Origin: Bacteroidales bacterium
GTDB taxonomy: Bacteria; Bacteroidota; Bacteroidia; Bacteroidales; WRLA01
DNA: 64,000 bases
Assembly (NCBI GenBank): GCA_963676725.1
Contig: OY781463.1
Location: 4,048,976 to 4,112,975 of the forward strand
Reading direction: 5' to 3'
Each line of letters opens with the position of its first letter. Within the stretch, counting starts at the first letter, position 1. Made by a program: the position numbers and the translations under genes. The notes below the pieces were generated by a model. That model searched no databases, was not told the DNA's origin, and worked only from the letters and a program-made list of their open reading frames with translations. Of this stretch, positions 31,174 to 40,558 are shown in pieces.

Positions 31174-32369
31174 AAATACTGTTCCTCTGTAATAAATCCC
31201 CATGGCCGCCCAATGAAGGCGGACCAATTGCCATGAACGCATTAATAAGCGGATTGTTAAAGGCCGGACATCAGGTAAAAATAATAGCAGTCAGCTCAAA
31301 TAAATTTCCCGCCGACCCAAAAGCAATGCCGGAAGAATTCAGAGAAAAAGCCTCCTTTGAAAGTGTTGAGCTCGATCTCTCCGTGAAACCAATTGCAGCA
31401 TTCTTTAATCTGTTCACAAAGGATTCATATCATGTACAGCGCTTTGATTCGCCAGCTTTGAAATCCAAGATTAACAACGTTTTATCAGAAGAAACTTTTG
31501 ATATTATCCAATTGGAAACCATCTATATGGCTCCATATCTTGATCTTATCCGCAGCCGGTCGTCGGCACCAATCGTATTACGCGCCCATAATATCGAGCA
31601 CCTGATCTGGTGGCGCGTGGCAGAAAGCACTAAAAACATTCTTAAGAAAACCTATCTACGCCATCTTGCCAAGACCCTCAAGCATTATGAGATGAAAATC
31701 ATCAATCAGTTTCATGGAATTGCTACTATTACGGAACGAGATGCCCGTTTTTTTAAGGACCACGACTGCAATGTACCAATCACTGATATTACTTTTGGTG
31801 TAGAAAAATCGCGTTTTGAAGATTGCACACAGGACATTCTTCCAGAAGAAGGCTCATTCTTTCATATTGGCAGTATGGATTGGATCCCAAATCAGGAAGG
31901 CATCAAATGGTTTTTGGATGAAGTATGGGACAACTTTTATAAATCACATCCAAAAGCACGTTTTTATCTAGCCGGACGAAATATGCCTGAATGGCTTATC
32001 AATATGCAAAAAGAAGGCGTTGAGGTATTGGGCGAAGTAGATAATGCCATGGATTTTATGCGGTCTAAATCTATAATGCTTGTGCCATTGCTTAGCGGGA
32101 GTGGCATCCGCATTAAAATTATTGAAGGGCTAGCATGCTCGCGTGCGGTAATCTCCACACCAATAGGCGCAGAGGGCATACAATATACACAAGGCAAAAA
32201 CATGCTGATTGCCAGCACTCCCGAAGAATTTATTCATCATATGCATGAATGCTACAGCCATCCGGATTATTGCATTAAGCTTGGCAAAGAAGGTCGGCTC
32301 CTTATTGAAGAAGAACACAATGGAGAACGCATAATCGATCGCCTTATCAAATTCTACCAACAATTATAA
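31170..32369 (+). CDS. Glycosyltransferase, GT4-like (GT-B fold)
   Basis: The ATG at 31170 overlaps the upstream stop as ATGA. The N-terminus is MKILFLCNKSPWPPNEGGPIA, and the C-terminal half is of the Glycos_transf_1 type. Confidence 0.85.
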   Translation: MKILFLCNKSPWPPNEGGPIAMNALISGLLKAGHQVKIIAVSSNKFPADPKAMPEEFREKASFESVELDLSVKPIAAFFNLFTKDSYHVQRFDSPALKSKINNVLSEETFDIIQLETIYMAPYLDLIRSRSSAPIVLRAHNIEHLIWWRVAESTKNILKKTYLRHLAKTLKHYEMKIINQFHGIATITERDARFFKDHDCNVPITDITFGVEKSRFEDCTQDILPEEGSFFHIGSMDWIPNQEGIKWFLDEVWDNFYKSHPKARFYLAGRNMPEWLINMQKEGVEVLGEVDNAMDFMRSKSIMLVPLLSGSGIRIKIIEGLACSRAVISTPIGAEGIQYTQGKNMLIASTPEEFIHHMHECYSHPDYCIKLGKEGRLLIEEEHNGERIIDRLIKFYQQL

Positions 32370-32377
32370 GCATAGCC

Positions 32378-33556
32378 TTGAAACCGAAATTAATTGTCAT
32401 ATTATCGCGCATCCCCTATCCACTTGAAAAAGGTGATAAACTCAGGGCGTACCACCAAATTCGGGAGCTTTCGCATGAGTTTCGCATCTATTTGTTCGCA
32501 CTCAATAACACTACTGTTGCTATTGATAAAGCCAAAAAAGCACTAAACCCTTTTTGTCAGGAGATTCACTTTATACATCGCAGCAAATGTGCTATTGGAT
32601 GGAATATGATGCTTGCTTTCCTCAAAGGCCAGCCTGTTCAATTGGGCTATTTTTATACAAAAAAGGCACATCGAAGCATTCTTAAAAATGCACAGCGCAT
32701 TGCAGCCGACTATGTTTATTGTCAGCTTATTCGTACCGCTGAATTAGCTAAAGGCCTGCAAGGCATAAAAACCATTGATTATCAGGATGTTTTTTCGAAA
32801 GGCGTTGAAAGAAGAATAAAAAAAGCACCCTTTTACCTTAAAGGGCTTTTCCGCATGGAATATAAACGCCTGCTTCAGTATGAACAAAAAGTCTTCGACT
32901 GTTTCGAGCATAAAACCATTATTAGCAAGCCCGACCGTGATTTGATTCCACATCCGAATCGGGAGCAGATCCATATCATTCCGAATGGCGTGGATTATAC
33001 TTTTTTTAGTCCGCAAAAAAATTCCGAAAAGAAGGTAGATCTGGTATTTACAGGGAATATGAGCTATCCTCCGAACATCAATAGTGCTGAATTTTTGGCT
33101 CTGGAAATCCTTCCGGAAGTACATAAAATCAAAGCCGGGGTAAGTTTAATGATTGCAGGAGCTTCGCCGCACCCTAGGGTTCAGGCCCTTGCATCGGAAT
33201 ACATAACTGCAACGGGATGGATGGATGATATTCGTGATGCCTACAATCAAAGCCGTATTTTTATTGCCCCGATGCAAATTGGAACGGGATTGCAAAATAA
33301 ATTGTTAGAAGCAATGAGCATGAAATTACCCGGACTTACGTCTGCACTGGCAAATGATGCTTTAGGCGCCAAGGAAGGGGAAGAGCTTCTTATTGGAAGT
33401 AATGCTGCATCCTATGCCTCTCATATTATCCATTTACTTGAAAACAAAGCATTTGCCGATGAAATTGCTTCAAAGGGACAGGCTTTTGTGCATCAACATT
33501 ATGATTGGAAGTCAGCAACACTTGTTTTAGCAGGGATTATCAAAGAAAAGAAATAA
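32378..33556 (+). CDS. Glycosyltransferase, GT-B family
   Basis: 392 aa with a TTG start. It has LSRIPYPLEKGDKLRAY and a C-terminal region (IAPMQIGTGLQNKLLEAM) typical of GT4-like enzymes. Confidence 0.8.
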   Translation: MKPKLIVILSRIPYPLEKGDKLRAYHQIRELSHEFRIYLFALNNTTVAIDKAKKALNPFCQEIHFIHRSKCAIGWNMMLAFLKGQPVQLGYFYTKKAHRSILKNAQRIAADYVYCQLIRTAELAKGLQGIKTIDYQDVFSKGVERRIKKAPFYLKGLFRMEYKRLLQYEQKVFDCFEHKTIISKPDRDLIPHPNREQIHIIPNGVDYTFFSPQKNSEKKVDLVFTGNMSYPPNINSAEFLALEILPEVHKIKAGVSLMIAGASPHPRVQALASEYITATGWMDDIRDAYNQSRIFIAPMQIGTGLQNKLLEAMSMKLPGLTSALANDALGAKEGEELLIGSNAASYASHIIHLLENKAFADEIASKGQAFVHQHYDWKSATLVLAGIIKEKK

Positions 33557-33562
33557 TTGACT

Positions 33563-33985
33563 TTATTTCTTTTTTGCCGAAATCTTTTTTTGCCGAAATG
33601 CGTCAATTACTTTTTTTATTTCCGTTGGATCAATCGGCTTATTAATATACCTCAGGGGCTTATGTGCCGCCAATTTTTGAGGAATCGCATTATAAGCACT
33701 TACAATTACCACCTCAAATGCTCGAAACGGAAAACGTTGCAGTAGATCATATCCGCTTCCCCTAGGCATTTCAACATCTAAAAAAACCAAATCAGGCTTG
33801 ACACGATGAATTAATGACCAGCCTGTCTCAATTTCACGCGCATTCCCAAGAAGTTCAATATCATCCTTATACAGATTCAAGATAAATTCGAGAGACGAGA
33901 TGGCTCCCGGCTCATCGTCAATTACTATTGCTTTTATTTTATTCACAAAAAAATAATTAATCTGATGTACTATTGTTATGATCAA
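33563..33985 (-). CDS. Stand-alone receiver domain of the LytR/AlgR type, no output domain
   Basis: It has KAIVIDDEP, the phospho-Asp context VFLDVEMP, and SAYN and NKPI motifs. It ends after about 140 aa with a Lys-rich tail. The true start is uncertain (ATG at 33985, or GTG at 33946). Confidence 0.75.
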   Translation of the reverse strand: MIITIVHQINYFFVNKIKAIVIDDEPGAISSLEFILNLYKDDIELLGNAREIETGWSLIHRVKPDLVFLDVEMPRGSGYDLLQRFPFRAFEVVIVSAYNAIPQKLAAHKPLRYINKPIDPTEIKKVIDAFRQKKISAKKK

Positions 33986-34040
33986 ATGCTTTATTGAAAG
34001 GAAATAGATTTGATTCTACTCACCACTTTTCAATAATTGG

Positions 34041-34048
34041 CAAAGATA
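34041..34048 (-). promoter_or_regulatory. -7 box TATCTTTG upstream of the orphan receiver gene
   Basis: Exact TAnnTTTG on the minus strand, about 55 nt from the ATG at 33985. Confidence 0.3.
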
Positions 34049-34231
34049 CAGCATCTTATGGTTCTAGTAGGGCCTGTTTTGTTTCCGTATACAAAGCCTT
34101 GGTTTTTGTTCTTGTGCAAACAATATCTGCAATTTGAACTGCAGCAATTTTCAGGAACGACGATGAAATAATCCGATCCTCAGCTCAAAATATTCAAGAA
34201 AAACTGGGAATTTGATCGCTTCATTCTTCGG

Positions 34232-34954
34232 TTAATTTTCTTTCAATGGAGCAATTTTTTCGACCCACCATATCCACATAAAGAAGATCACTACATAAAA
34301 AAACGGGCGGAACAAATAATCGTGACTGAACTGCCAATAATCGGGTTGCCAAAGTAATACTACAGATAAGCCTGTAATTCTGAACAGATTTGTAAGGTGT
34401 ACAATAAAAACGCCCAAAGGAATAAACCAAAGTTTTTTCTTCCATGGGCCGCGGAAGAGCATCATTAATATGGCGAACTGCGAAAATTGCTTCAGCCCTG
34501 AGCAGCCTGCAGTAATAGAGATATAACCTTTATTACTAAAGTACATAGTATTATCAATAGTTGTAATATCCATACCGAGGATATGCACATCAAACCAATG
34601 GCTCTGAACAAAAACCTGATGTGCCATAAATTCATAAGCCCAATCCATAAAGGGTTTTATCGGCCAATAGAGCGCATCTGCTGCCCAGCTTCTCCATGCG
34701 AAATGAATGACAATTGTTATTAACCCAAACAAAGCAACATCGCTCAGTGAGCGCAGCTTGTATTTATCGATAAATGCATTGATTTGTTCCCTGAAGTTTT
34801 TTAGCATAGTAGTATGAGTCAATTTACAGGGGTAAAAATAATAAATAATAGCATTCAAAAGAATGACAGGAAAAGAGATAAGTAAAATTAAAGGGATTTG
34901 GTTTCGCTTAGAAATGATAACGAACACCACCAAAGATGCTAAAAGAAGAAGCAT
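34232..34954 (-). CDS. Exosortase/archaeosortase-family integral membrane protein
   Basis: It is polytopic. The candidate Cys-Arg-His catalytic set appears in family-typical contexts: ITAGCSGLKQF, HLTNLFRITG and QFSHDYLF. An alternative start at 34807 (MLKNF) would remove the 47-nt overlap with the upstream gene. Confidence 0.6.
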   Translation of the reverse strand: MLLLLASLVVFVIISKRNQIPLILLISFPVILLNAIIYYFYPCKLTHTTMLKNFREQINAFIDKYKLRSLSDVALFGLITIVIHFAWRSWAADALYWPIKPFMDWAYEFMAHQVFVQSHWFDVHILGMDITTIDNTMYFSNKGYISITAGCSGLKQFSQFAILMMLFRGPWKKKLWFIPLGVFIVHLTNLFRITGLSVVLLWQPDYWQFSHDYLFRPFFYVVIFFMWIWWVEKIAPLKEN

Positions 34955-36206
34955 TTTCGCCGGGGCTATTATAAACCGACCGGAAATAATATTTAAAGGT
35001 AGGCTCTACTTGCAGGGCTAATTTATCGCTGAGTTGGTATTCCAAGCTAAGCCCGAGGATCATGCGCAAATTACTTTCGAGTTTTTCTTCAATTGCCCGC
35101 TCATAATTGAGTAGCCGAACATCAGAAGGAATATAAGCCATTGGTTCTGTTCGATTCAAAATGAGGGCGAACTCACCACCCGCTTGCATATTCAAGCCAA
35201 AGTTTTTATATTTAACAATCTCATAACCAATCATCAAAGGAAGTCTCAGATAGGTATATCGATTGTTTGTATACGCAATTTCGTTATGGGTCACCGAATC
35301 ATAAATTGTTTCGATGGTAGTGATTAGGATAACAGAATCTGGATTGGTAGGATCGGGCACATAATAATGTACATCATAATAAAAGCCTACACTGTCGAGG
35401 GATTTATAATCGAGCACAAAAGGAGTTTCATCTTCCATCAAAGAGATGCCTGCCCCTGCTTGCAGATACATGCCGCCATCAAACTCATAACGGGCAAAAA
35501 AGCCTGCATTGATTTGACTAATATTTGTGTTTTGGCTGCTGTTCACATCAATAAATTCAGGCCCTGATTTCAGACCAAAACTAATATTCGATGGTTTGGA
35601 ATAATCATCATAAAGTCGGAAATCCCATGCTGCCGGCATTTGCGACATTAAACCATTGGACATATAGCCTTGTGGATATTTAGATTTCATAAAAGCAGGG
35701 ACACCAAATCGTTCTTGCACAACTTCTTCGCTGACAAGATTAATTTCAAAATCTGTCTCGGGCTTTTCTTCTTCCACCTGAACAATCTTGTTTTCTATAA
35801 GCTTTTCCTCGAGGGGCTTTGCTACAGGACTGGCCTTGGGCGAAACCGGAGCCTCATCCATTTGCACCACAAAGGTTCGATCATTAATTGTATTGATAGG
35901 TTCCTTTTCAATAGCGATTTGTTTCGATGGAATAGGGTTAATAAGTGCAGGATCAACAGGCTGCTCCCTATTCTCCTGCATACCAATAATAACAGATGCG
36001 GCAATAACTATAGATGTTAGGCCTGCTGCCGCGGATGATCCCATCAGATAGATATTGCTGGAGAAATTAGAAAAATTTAAGGAAGTAAATTCATTCCATG
36101 ATAATTTACTACTGATTCCGGACCAAACGGAAGCAGAGGGAGGCACCTGAACATGGCTCAGATTGTCCCTAAATAAATTATCAATATGATCGAATTCTTC
36201 CTTCAT
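34908..36206 (-). CDS. Putative anti-sigma factor fused to a C-terminal beta-barrel-like domain
   Basis: 432 aa, directly downstream of the ECF sigma gene. It has a short cytoplasmic N-terminus, one TM helix (AAAGLTSIVIAASVIIG) and a P/E-rich linker. The C-terminal roughly 220 aa have alternating beta-strand character and end in RYHF. Confidence 0.55.
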   Translation of the reverse strand: MKEEFDHIDNLFRDNLSHVQVPPSASVWSGISSKLSWNEFTSLNFSNFSSNIYLMGSSAAAGLTSIVIAASVIIGMQENREQPVDPALINPIPSKQIAIEKEPINTINDRTFVVQMDEAPVSPKASPVAKPLEEKLIENKIVQVEEEKPETDFEINLVSEEVVQERFGVPAFMKSKYPQGYMSNGLMSQMPAAWDFRLYDDYSKPSNISFGLKSGPEFIDVNSSQNTNISQINAGFFARYEFDGGMYLQAGAGISLMEDETPFVLDYKSLDSVGFYYDVHYYVPDPTNPDSVILITTIETIYDSVTHNEIAYTNNRYTYLRLPLMIGYEIVKYKNFGLNMQAGGEFALILNRTEPMAYIPSDVRLLNYERAIEEKLESNLRMILGLSLEYQLSDKLALQVEPTFKYYFRSVYNSPGENASSFSIFGGVRYHF

Positions 36207-36230
36207 TAAACTATTTAAGCGGCCAATGGC

Positions 36231-36785
36231 CTATTTTTTAAAATTCATTTCTTCCAATCGTTTTCGCAGGTATTTGCGTGCTTTTGACAATTGTGATTTC
36301 GAGGTATTATCAGAAATATCGAGCACTTCTCCTATTTCTTGATGTGTATACCCTTCAAAAACATAGAGGTTAAACACTAACCTATAGCCTTCTGGCAGTT
36401 CCTGAATTAATTTCATCAGGACTTTTTCCCTTCCATTATGTGATTCGGTCTCATAGTAAGAAGGACCATCGCCGGCCAGGCGTTCTTCCATATTATCAAT
36501 ATCAGTATGTACAGAGTACTTCAAGTTTTTACTGTAGTGCGTAATTGCTGTATTGATAAAAATACGTTTCATCCAACCTTCAAAAGAACCTTCAAACTTA
36601 TAATCTTTCACTTTAAGAAAGATTTTCACAAAACCTTCTTGCAATATGTCTTCAGCGTCATTGCGGTTTTTTGAATACCGCAGACAAATTGCCATCATTT
36701 GATGTGAATATTGGGTATACAGCTTATTCTGATAGCGACGCTTACCTGCGGAGCATCCTCTAATCAGTTTTTCATCTGGCTGCAT
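36231..36785 (-). CDS. ECF-type RNA polymerase sigma-70 factor
   Basis: It has region 2 (DAEDILQEGFVKIF) and the region 4 HTH (YTHQEIGEVLDISDNTSKSQLSKARKYLR). I use the ATG at 36783-36785. The ORF track starts 2 codons earlier at a TTG. Confidence 0.85.
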   Translation of the reverse strand: MQPDEKLIRGCSAGKRRYQNKLYTQYSHQMMAICLRYSKNRNDAEDILQEGFVKIFLKVKDYKFEGSFEGWMKRIFINTAITHYSKNLKYSVHTDIDNMEERLAGDGPSYYETESHNGREKVLMKLIQELPEGYRLVFNLYVFEGYTHQEIGEVLDISDNTSKSQLSKARKYLRKRLEEMNFKK

Positions 36786-37024
36786 TTCCAAAATGTTAAT
36801 GGTTAGACTTCTGGTTAATTTTATGGTTGCCTGAGAATTAATAATTATTTTAATCTTCAGACAAAGGCTGTTTTTGGGCGAAAAGATACGTAAAAATTCC
36901 GAACCAAAGCTTGTCAGGTTTAGTCGGACCGAAGCTAATATTTATCCAAAACTTTGGTAATGAAGCGCATAAACATGCACATTTTTTTAGCACCAATTTA
37001 CAGACAGGCTTTAAAGAAAACAAA

Positions 37025-37077
37025 AGTCGACAAAAGCAACAGCATTGATTTATGCTTCCCTAATGCTTTTGCCGACT
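37025..37077 (-). terminator. Structured terminator downstream of the RND operon
   Basis: A 14-position stem (13 paired) agtcgacaaaagca / tgcttttgccgact encloses an inner hairpin agcat/atgct. The T-rich tract TTTGTTTTCTTT follows on the minus strand. Confidence 0.5.
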
Positions 37078-37132
37078 CTCTATACCATATGTATTTTTAT
37101 GGCATAACTTTGGATTGATGAAGCGATTTTCC

Positions 37133-40100
37133 TTATTTTGAAATTATTTTAAATGTTTTCACTTTAACGAGCCATAAAGCATGATACATACTTGGCACAA
37201 TAACCAAAGTAAGGAAGGTTGCGAAAGACAATCCAAAAATAATTGTCCAAGAGATTGGTCCCCAGAAAGCGGCATTATCTCCTCCAAAGTAAATTTGGGC
37301 ATCAAAATCGCTGAGTGCAGTAATTAAGTTTATATTTAAACCAACAGCCAAGGGGATAAGACCCATAATTGTAGTAATAGCAGTTAAAAGCACGGGGCGC
37401 AAACGGGTTTGTCCGGCGCGCACAACACAATCGAGGGAATCTTCTACAGAAAGCAGTTCATTTTCATTAATGCCCAACTCATTTTTTCTACGGCTTTTGA
37501 GCAAATCAATATAATCGATCAACACAATGGCGTTATTAACGACCACCCCTGCCAGGGAAACAATACCAATACCTGTCATTACAACAACAAAAGACATATT
37601 GAAGGTTGCTAAGCCACCAAAAACACCAATTGTACTAAAGAGGACACTGGCAAGAATTATTGCCGGTTTTGCAATGGAGTTAAATTGCGTTACCAAGATT
37701 ATCATAATCAGAGACACTGCAATTAATAGCGCGCTGATCAAGAAAGCCATTGATTCTTCCTGCTCTTCTTGCTCACCGGTAAAGGATACCGTATAACCAT
37801 CGGGCATGACAAAATTTTCACAGGCTTGTTTAATCTGATTATTCACTTCGGTGGCATTATAACCAGCAATAATATTGGAATATACAGTAATCACACGATC
37901 CATATCTTTTCTGCGCACACTATTGTATGTTGTTCCGTATGATATATCGGCAACAGCAGAGATTGGGATTTGATGAATTTTTCCTGTAGCCGGATCGCGG
38001 AAGGTAATTTTTTGGTTTAATAAGGAAGGCACATTATAACGAAATTCGTCCTGCATCCTCAATTGAATCGGGAATTCATCTTCACCAACCTTATAATCAG
38101 ATACTTCTTTCCCAAAAAGAGATGTTCGTACTGTTTGAGCTATTTGCCCTGTTGACAATCCAAAGCGACGTGCTTTATCGCGGTCGATATGGATTAGAAG
38201 TTCAGGTTTACTCAGGCTCATATCTACTTTTAGTCCTTCTATTCCTGCAATAGATTTATTTTCGATAAATGCCTGGAGGCTGTCCGCGAGAAATATCAGG
38301 CGGTCGAAATCGGCACCTGCAATTTCAATATTCACAGGGTATCCAGTTGGAGGCCCTTCACGATTTTTCTCTACAGATATTTGCACGCCCGGATATTTCC
38401 CTATAAGCCCCTGACTTAAATCTTTAAGTAAGTCTCTGGAGCTTAAATCACCGCGCAACTCAAAATCTTCAAAAGTAACTGTTATCAATCCCTTATGCGG
38501 CGTTTCTTCGATGCTAAACATATCATTCTCACCACGCGCACCGGTGCCCACTGTCGTTAGCAATGATTCAACAATAACATTACGATCTCCAATTATTTTT
38601 TTCACATCACTTTCCATCACAATCATGAGTGAATCTGTTTTATCGAGATCAGTTCCTATGGGTAATTCAGCCAAGATATTCACAAATTTTGGATCCGAAT
38701 CAGGAAAGAATAAGACCTTCGGGCTGCTTGAGAAATAAAAAACAATGGTAATAATAAGCAATAAAAAAGTACCTCCAATTGCCATAAAGGGGCGTGATTT
38801 ACTCAAAACATATTTCAGTGCACGGGTATATATATTTTCGAGCCATACAAGAAAACTATTTTGAAACCAGCGTGCTGCCCTAGACAGAAAATACAGGTTT
38901 AAAATACCGATAAAAGCAAAAAGGGCAAAAAGGTTTCCCATGGTGTTTGATCCGGCAAGAAAAGAGAGGACAGAAAGTGCTGCAAGAACCAAGGCCAGAA
39001 TCCATGCTCGCTTTGCTTTTGGTATTGGTGTTTGTTCCCCGGGTTTAATAAATGTTGCTGAAATAACAGGCACAATCACTAGGGCAACAAATAAAGAGGA
39101 AGTAAGCACAATAATAAGGGTAATAGGCAAAAACTTCATAAACTCCCCGATCATACTATCCCAAAAGATTAAGGGGAAAAAAGCCGCAAGCGTTGTTGCT
39201 GTTGATGAAATAATCGGCATTGCAATTTCCCCAACGGCAAGGCGGGCCGCTTCGAGGTTTCCATAACCCTGATCAATAAAGCGATAGATATTTTCCACAA
39301 CAACAATGGCATTATCGACCAACATTCCCAAAGCAAGGATTAGGGAAAAAAGTATGATCATGTTTATTGTTGTGCCCATCAGGCTCAGAACCACAAACGA
39401 AACAAGCATACTTGTTGGAATGGCCATGCCGACAAAAAGGGAATTACGTGCACCAAGAAAAAAGAAGAGCACCAAGATCACAAAAATCACCCCCATAATA
39501 ATGGAGTTTTCGAGATTGCTCAACTGCTTGCGCACAATATCCGATTGATCGTTGGTGAGTGTCATTACTAAATCTTCCGGAATCATATGATGATTTCTAG
39601 AGTCCTCGATTACTTGAAAAATCTGGTCGGTTGTTTCAAGAAGGTTTTCCCCTCCTTTTTTCACGACCTGCAAACTTACAACAGCCTGGTCGTTAAGACG
39701 GGCGTAGTTATTCGGGTCTTTAAAACCATCTTCAACAGTAGCCACATCGCGCAAATAAACGATGTTGCCATTTTCATGTTTTACAATAATATCTTCAATT
39801 TCTGAAGCATCTTGAAACTCACCGATAATACGCACAGAGCGTCTTGTATTATTAATTCTCAACTCGCCGCCGGCCATTGAAAGGTTTTCGAAAGCAATAG
39901 CATTCTCCAGATCGGTAAAAGAAAGTTTTCTGGCTTCCATTTTGTACGGATCAACACGCACATTCACTTCCCTGTCATTAATGCCCTTAATTTCCACTTT
40001 AGATACTTCTGAAATGCCTTCCAGCTCATCTTCAAGGTATTCTGCATACATTTTTAATTCTGTAATGCTATAATCCCCTGATAAATTGATATTAATAATA

Positions 40101-40543
40101 GGGAATTCCGTAAAGTCGATATCATTCACCACAGGATCTTCCAACAGATCGTTTGGCAGATCACGTTTTGCTTTATCAACCGCATCCTTCACATCCTGAA
40201 GTGCTTTATTGATTTCTACGTCCATATTAAATTCGCAATAAATCATGGACACATCCTGTGCAGAAACCGAAGTCATTTCATTAATTCCCCTAATGCTTTC
40301 AATTTCCTTTTCCAATGGCCTGGTAACCAAGTTCTCCATATCTACAGGAGCGTTTCCAGGATAAATGGTTTGGACCATAACCGTTGGCATAAAAACTTCC
40401 GGGAAGAGCTCTTTGGGAAGGTTTATATAAGCATAAAAGCCAAAACCCATAAGCATCACCATCATAAGATATACGGTGTTCCTGTTTTTTAAGGCCCAGG
40501 TTGTTAATTTAAAATCCCTGTTCTTTATTTTTTCTTGTTCCAT
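37133..40543 (-). CDS. RND efflux transporter, inner-membrane permease (AcrB/HAE family)
   Basis: 1136 aa. It has 12 TM helices with two large periplasmic loops and a typical N-terminus (FKLTTWALKNRNTVYLMMVML). Confidence 0.93.
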   Translation of the reverse strand: MEQEKIKNRDFKLTTWALKNRNTVYLMMVMLMGFGFYAYINLPKELFPEVFMPTVMVQTIYPGNAPVDMENLVTRPLEKEIESIRGINEMTSVSAQDVSMIYCEFNMDVEINKALQDVKDAVDKAKRDLPNDLLEDPVVNDIDFTEFPIININLSGDYSITELKMYAEYLEDELEGISEVSKVEIKGINDREVNVRVDPYKMEARKLSFTDLENAIAFENLSMAGGELRINNTRRSVRIIGEFQDASEIEDIIVKHENGNIVYLRDVATVEDGFKDPNNYARLNDQAVVSLQVVKKGGENLLETTDQIFQVIEDSRNHHMIPEDLVMTLTNDQSDIVRKQLSNLENSIIMGVIFVILVLFFFLGARNSLFVGMAIPTSMLVSFVVLSLMGTTINMIILFSLILALGMLVDNAIVVVENIYRFIDQGYGNLEAARLAVGEIAMPIISSTATTLAAFFPLIFWDSMIGEFMKFLPITLIIVLTSSLFVALVIVPVISATFIKPGEQTPIPKAKRAWILALVLAALSVLSFLAGSNTMGNLFALFAFIGILNLYFLSRAARWFQNSFLVWLENIYTRALKYVLSKSRPFMAIGGTFLLLIITIVFYFSSSPKVLFFPDSDPKFVNILAELPIGTDLDKTDSLMIVMESDVKKIIGDRNVIVESLLTTVGTGARGENDMFSIEETPHKGLITVTFEDFELRGDLSSRDLLKDLSQGLIGKYPGVQISVEKNREGPPTGYPVNIEIAGADFDRLIFLADSLQAFIENKSIAGIEGLKVDMSLSKPELLIHIDRDKARRFGLSTGQIAQTVRTSLFGKEVSDYKVGEDEFPIQLRMQDEFRYNVPSLLNQKITFRDPATGKIHQIPISAVADISYGTTYNSVRRKDMDRVITVYSNIIAGYNATEVNNQIKQACENFVMPDGYTVSFTGEQEEQEESMAFLISALLIAVSLIMIILVTQFNSIAKPAIILASVLFSTIGVFGGLATFNMSFVVVMTGIGIVSLAGVVVNNAIVLIDYIDLLKSRRKNELGINENELLSVEDSLDCVVRAGQTRLRPVLLTAITTIMGLIPLAVGLNINLITALSDFDAQIYFGGDNAAFWGPISWTIIFGLSFATFLTLVIVPSMYHALWLVKVKTFKIISK

Positions 40544-40558
40544 TACTTTGCTGATTTA

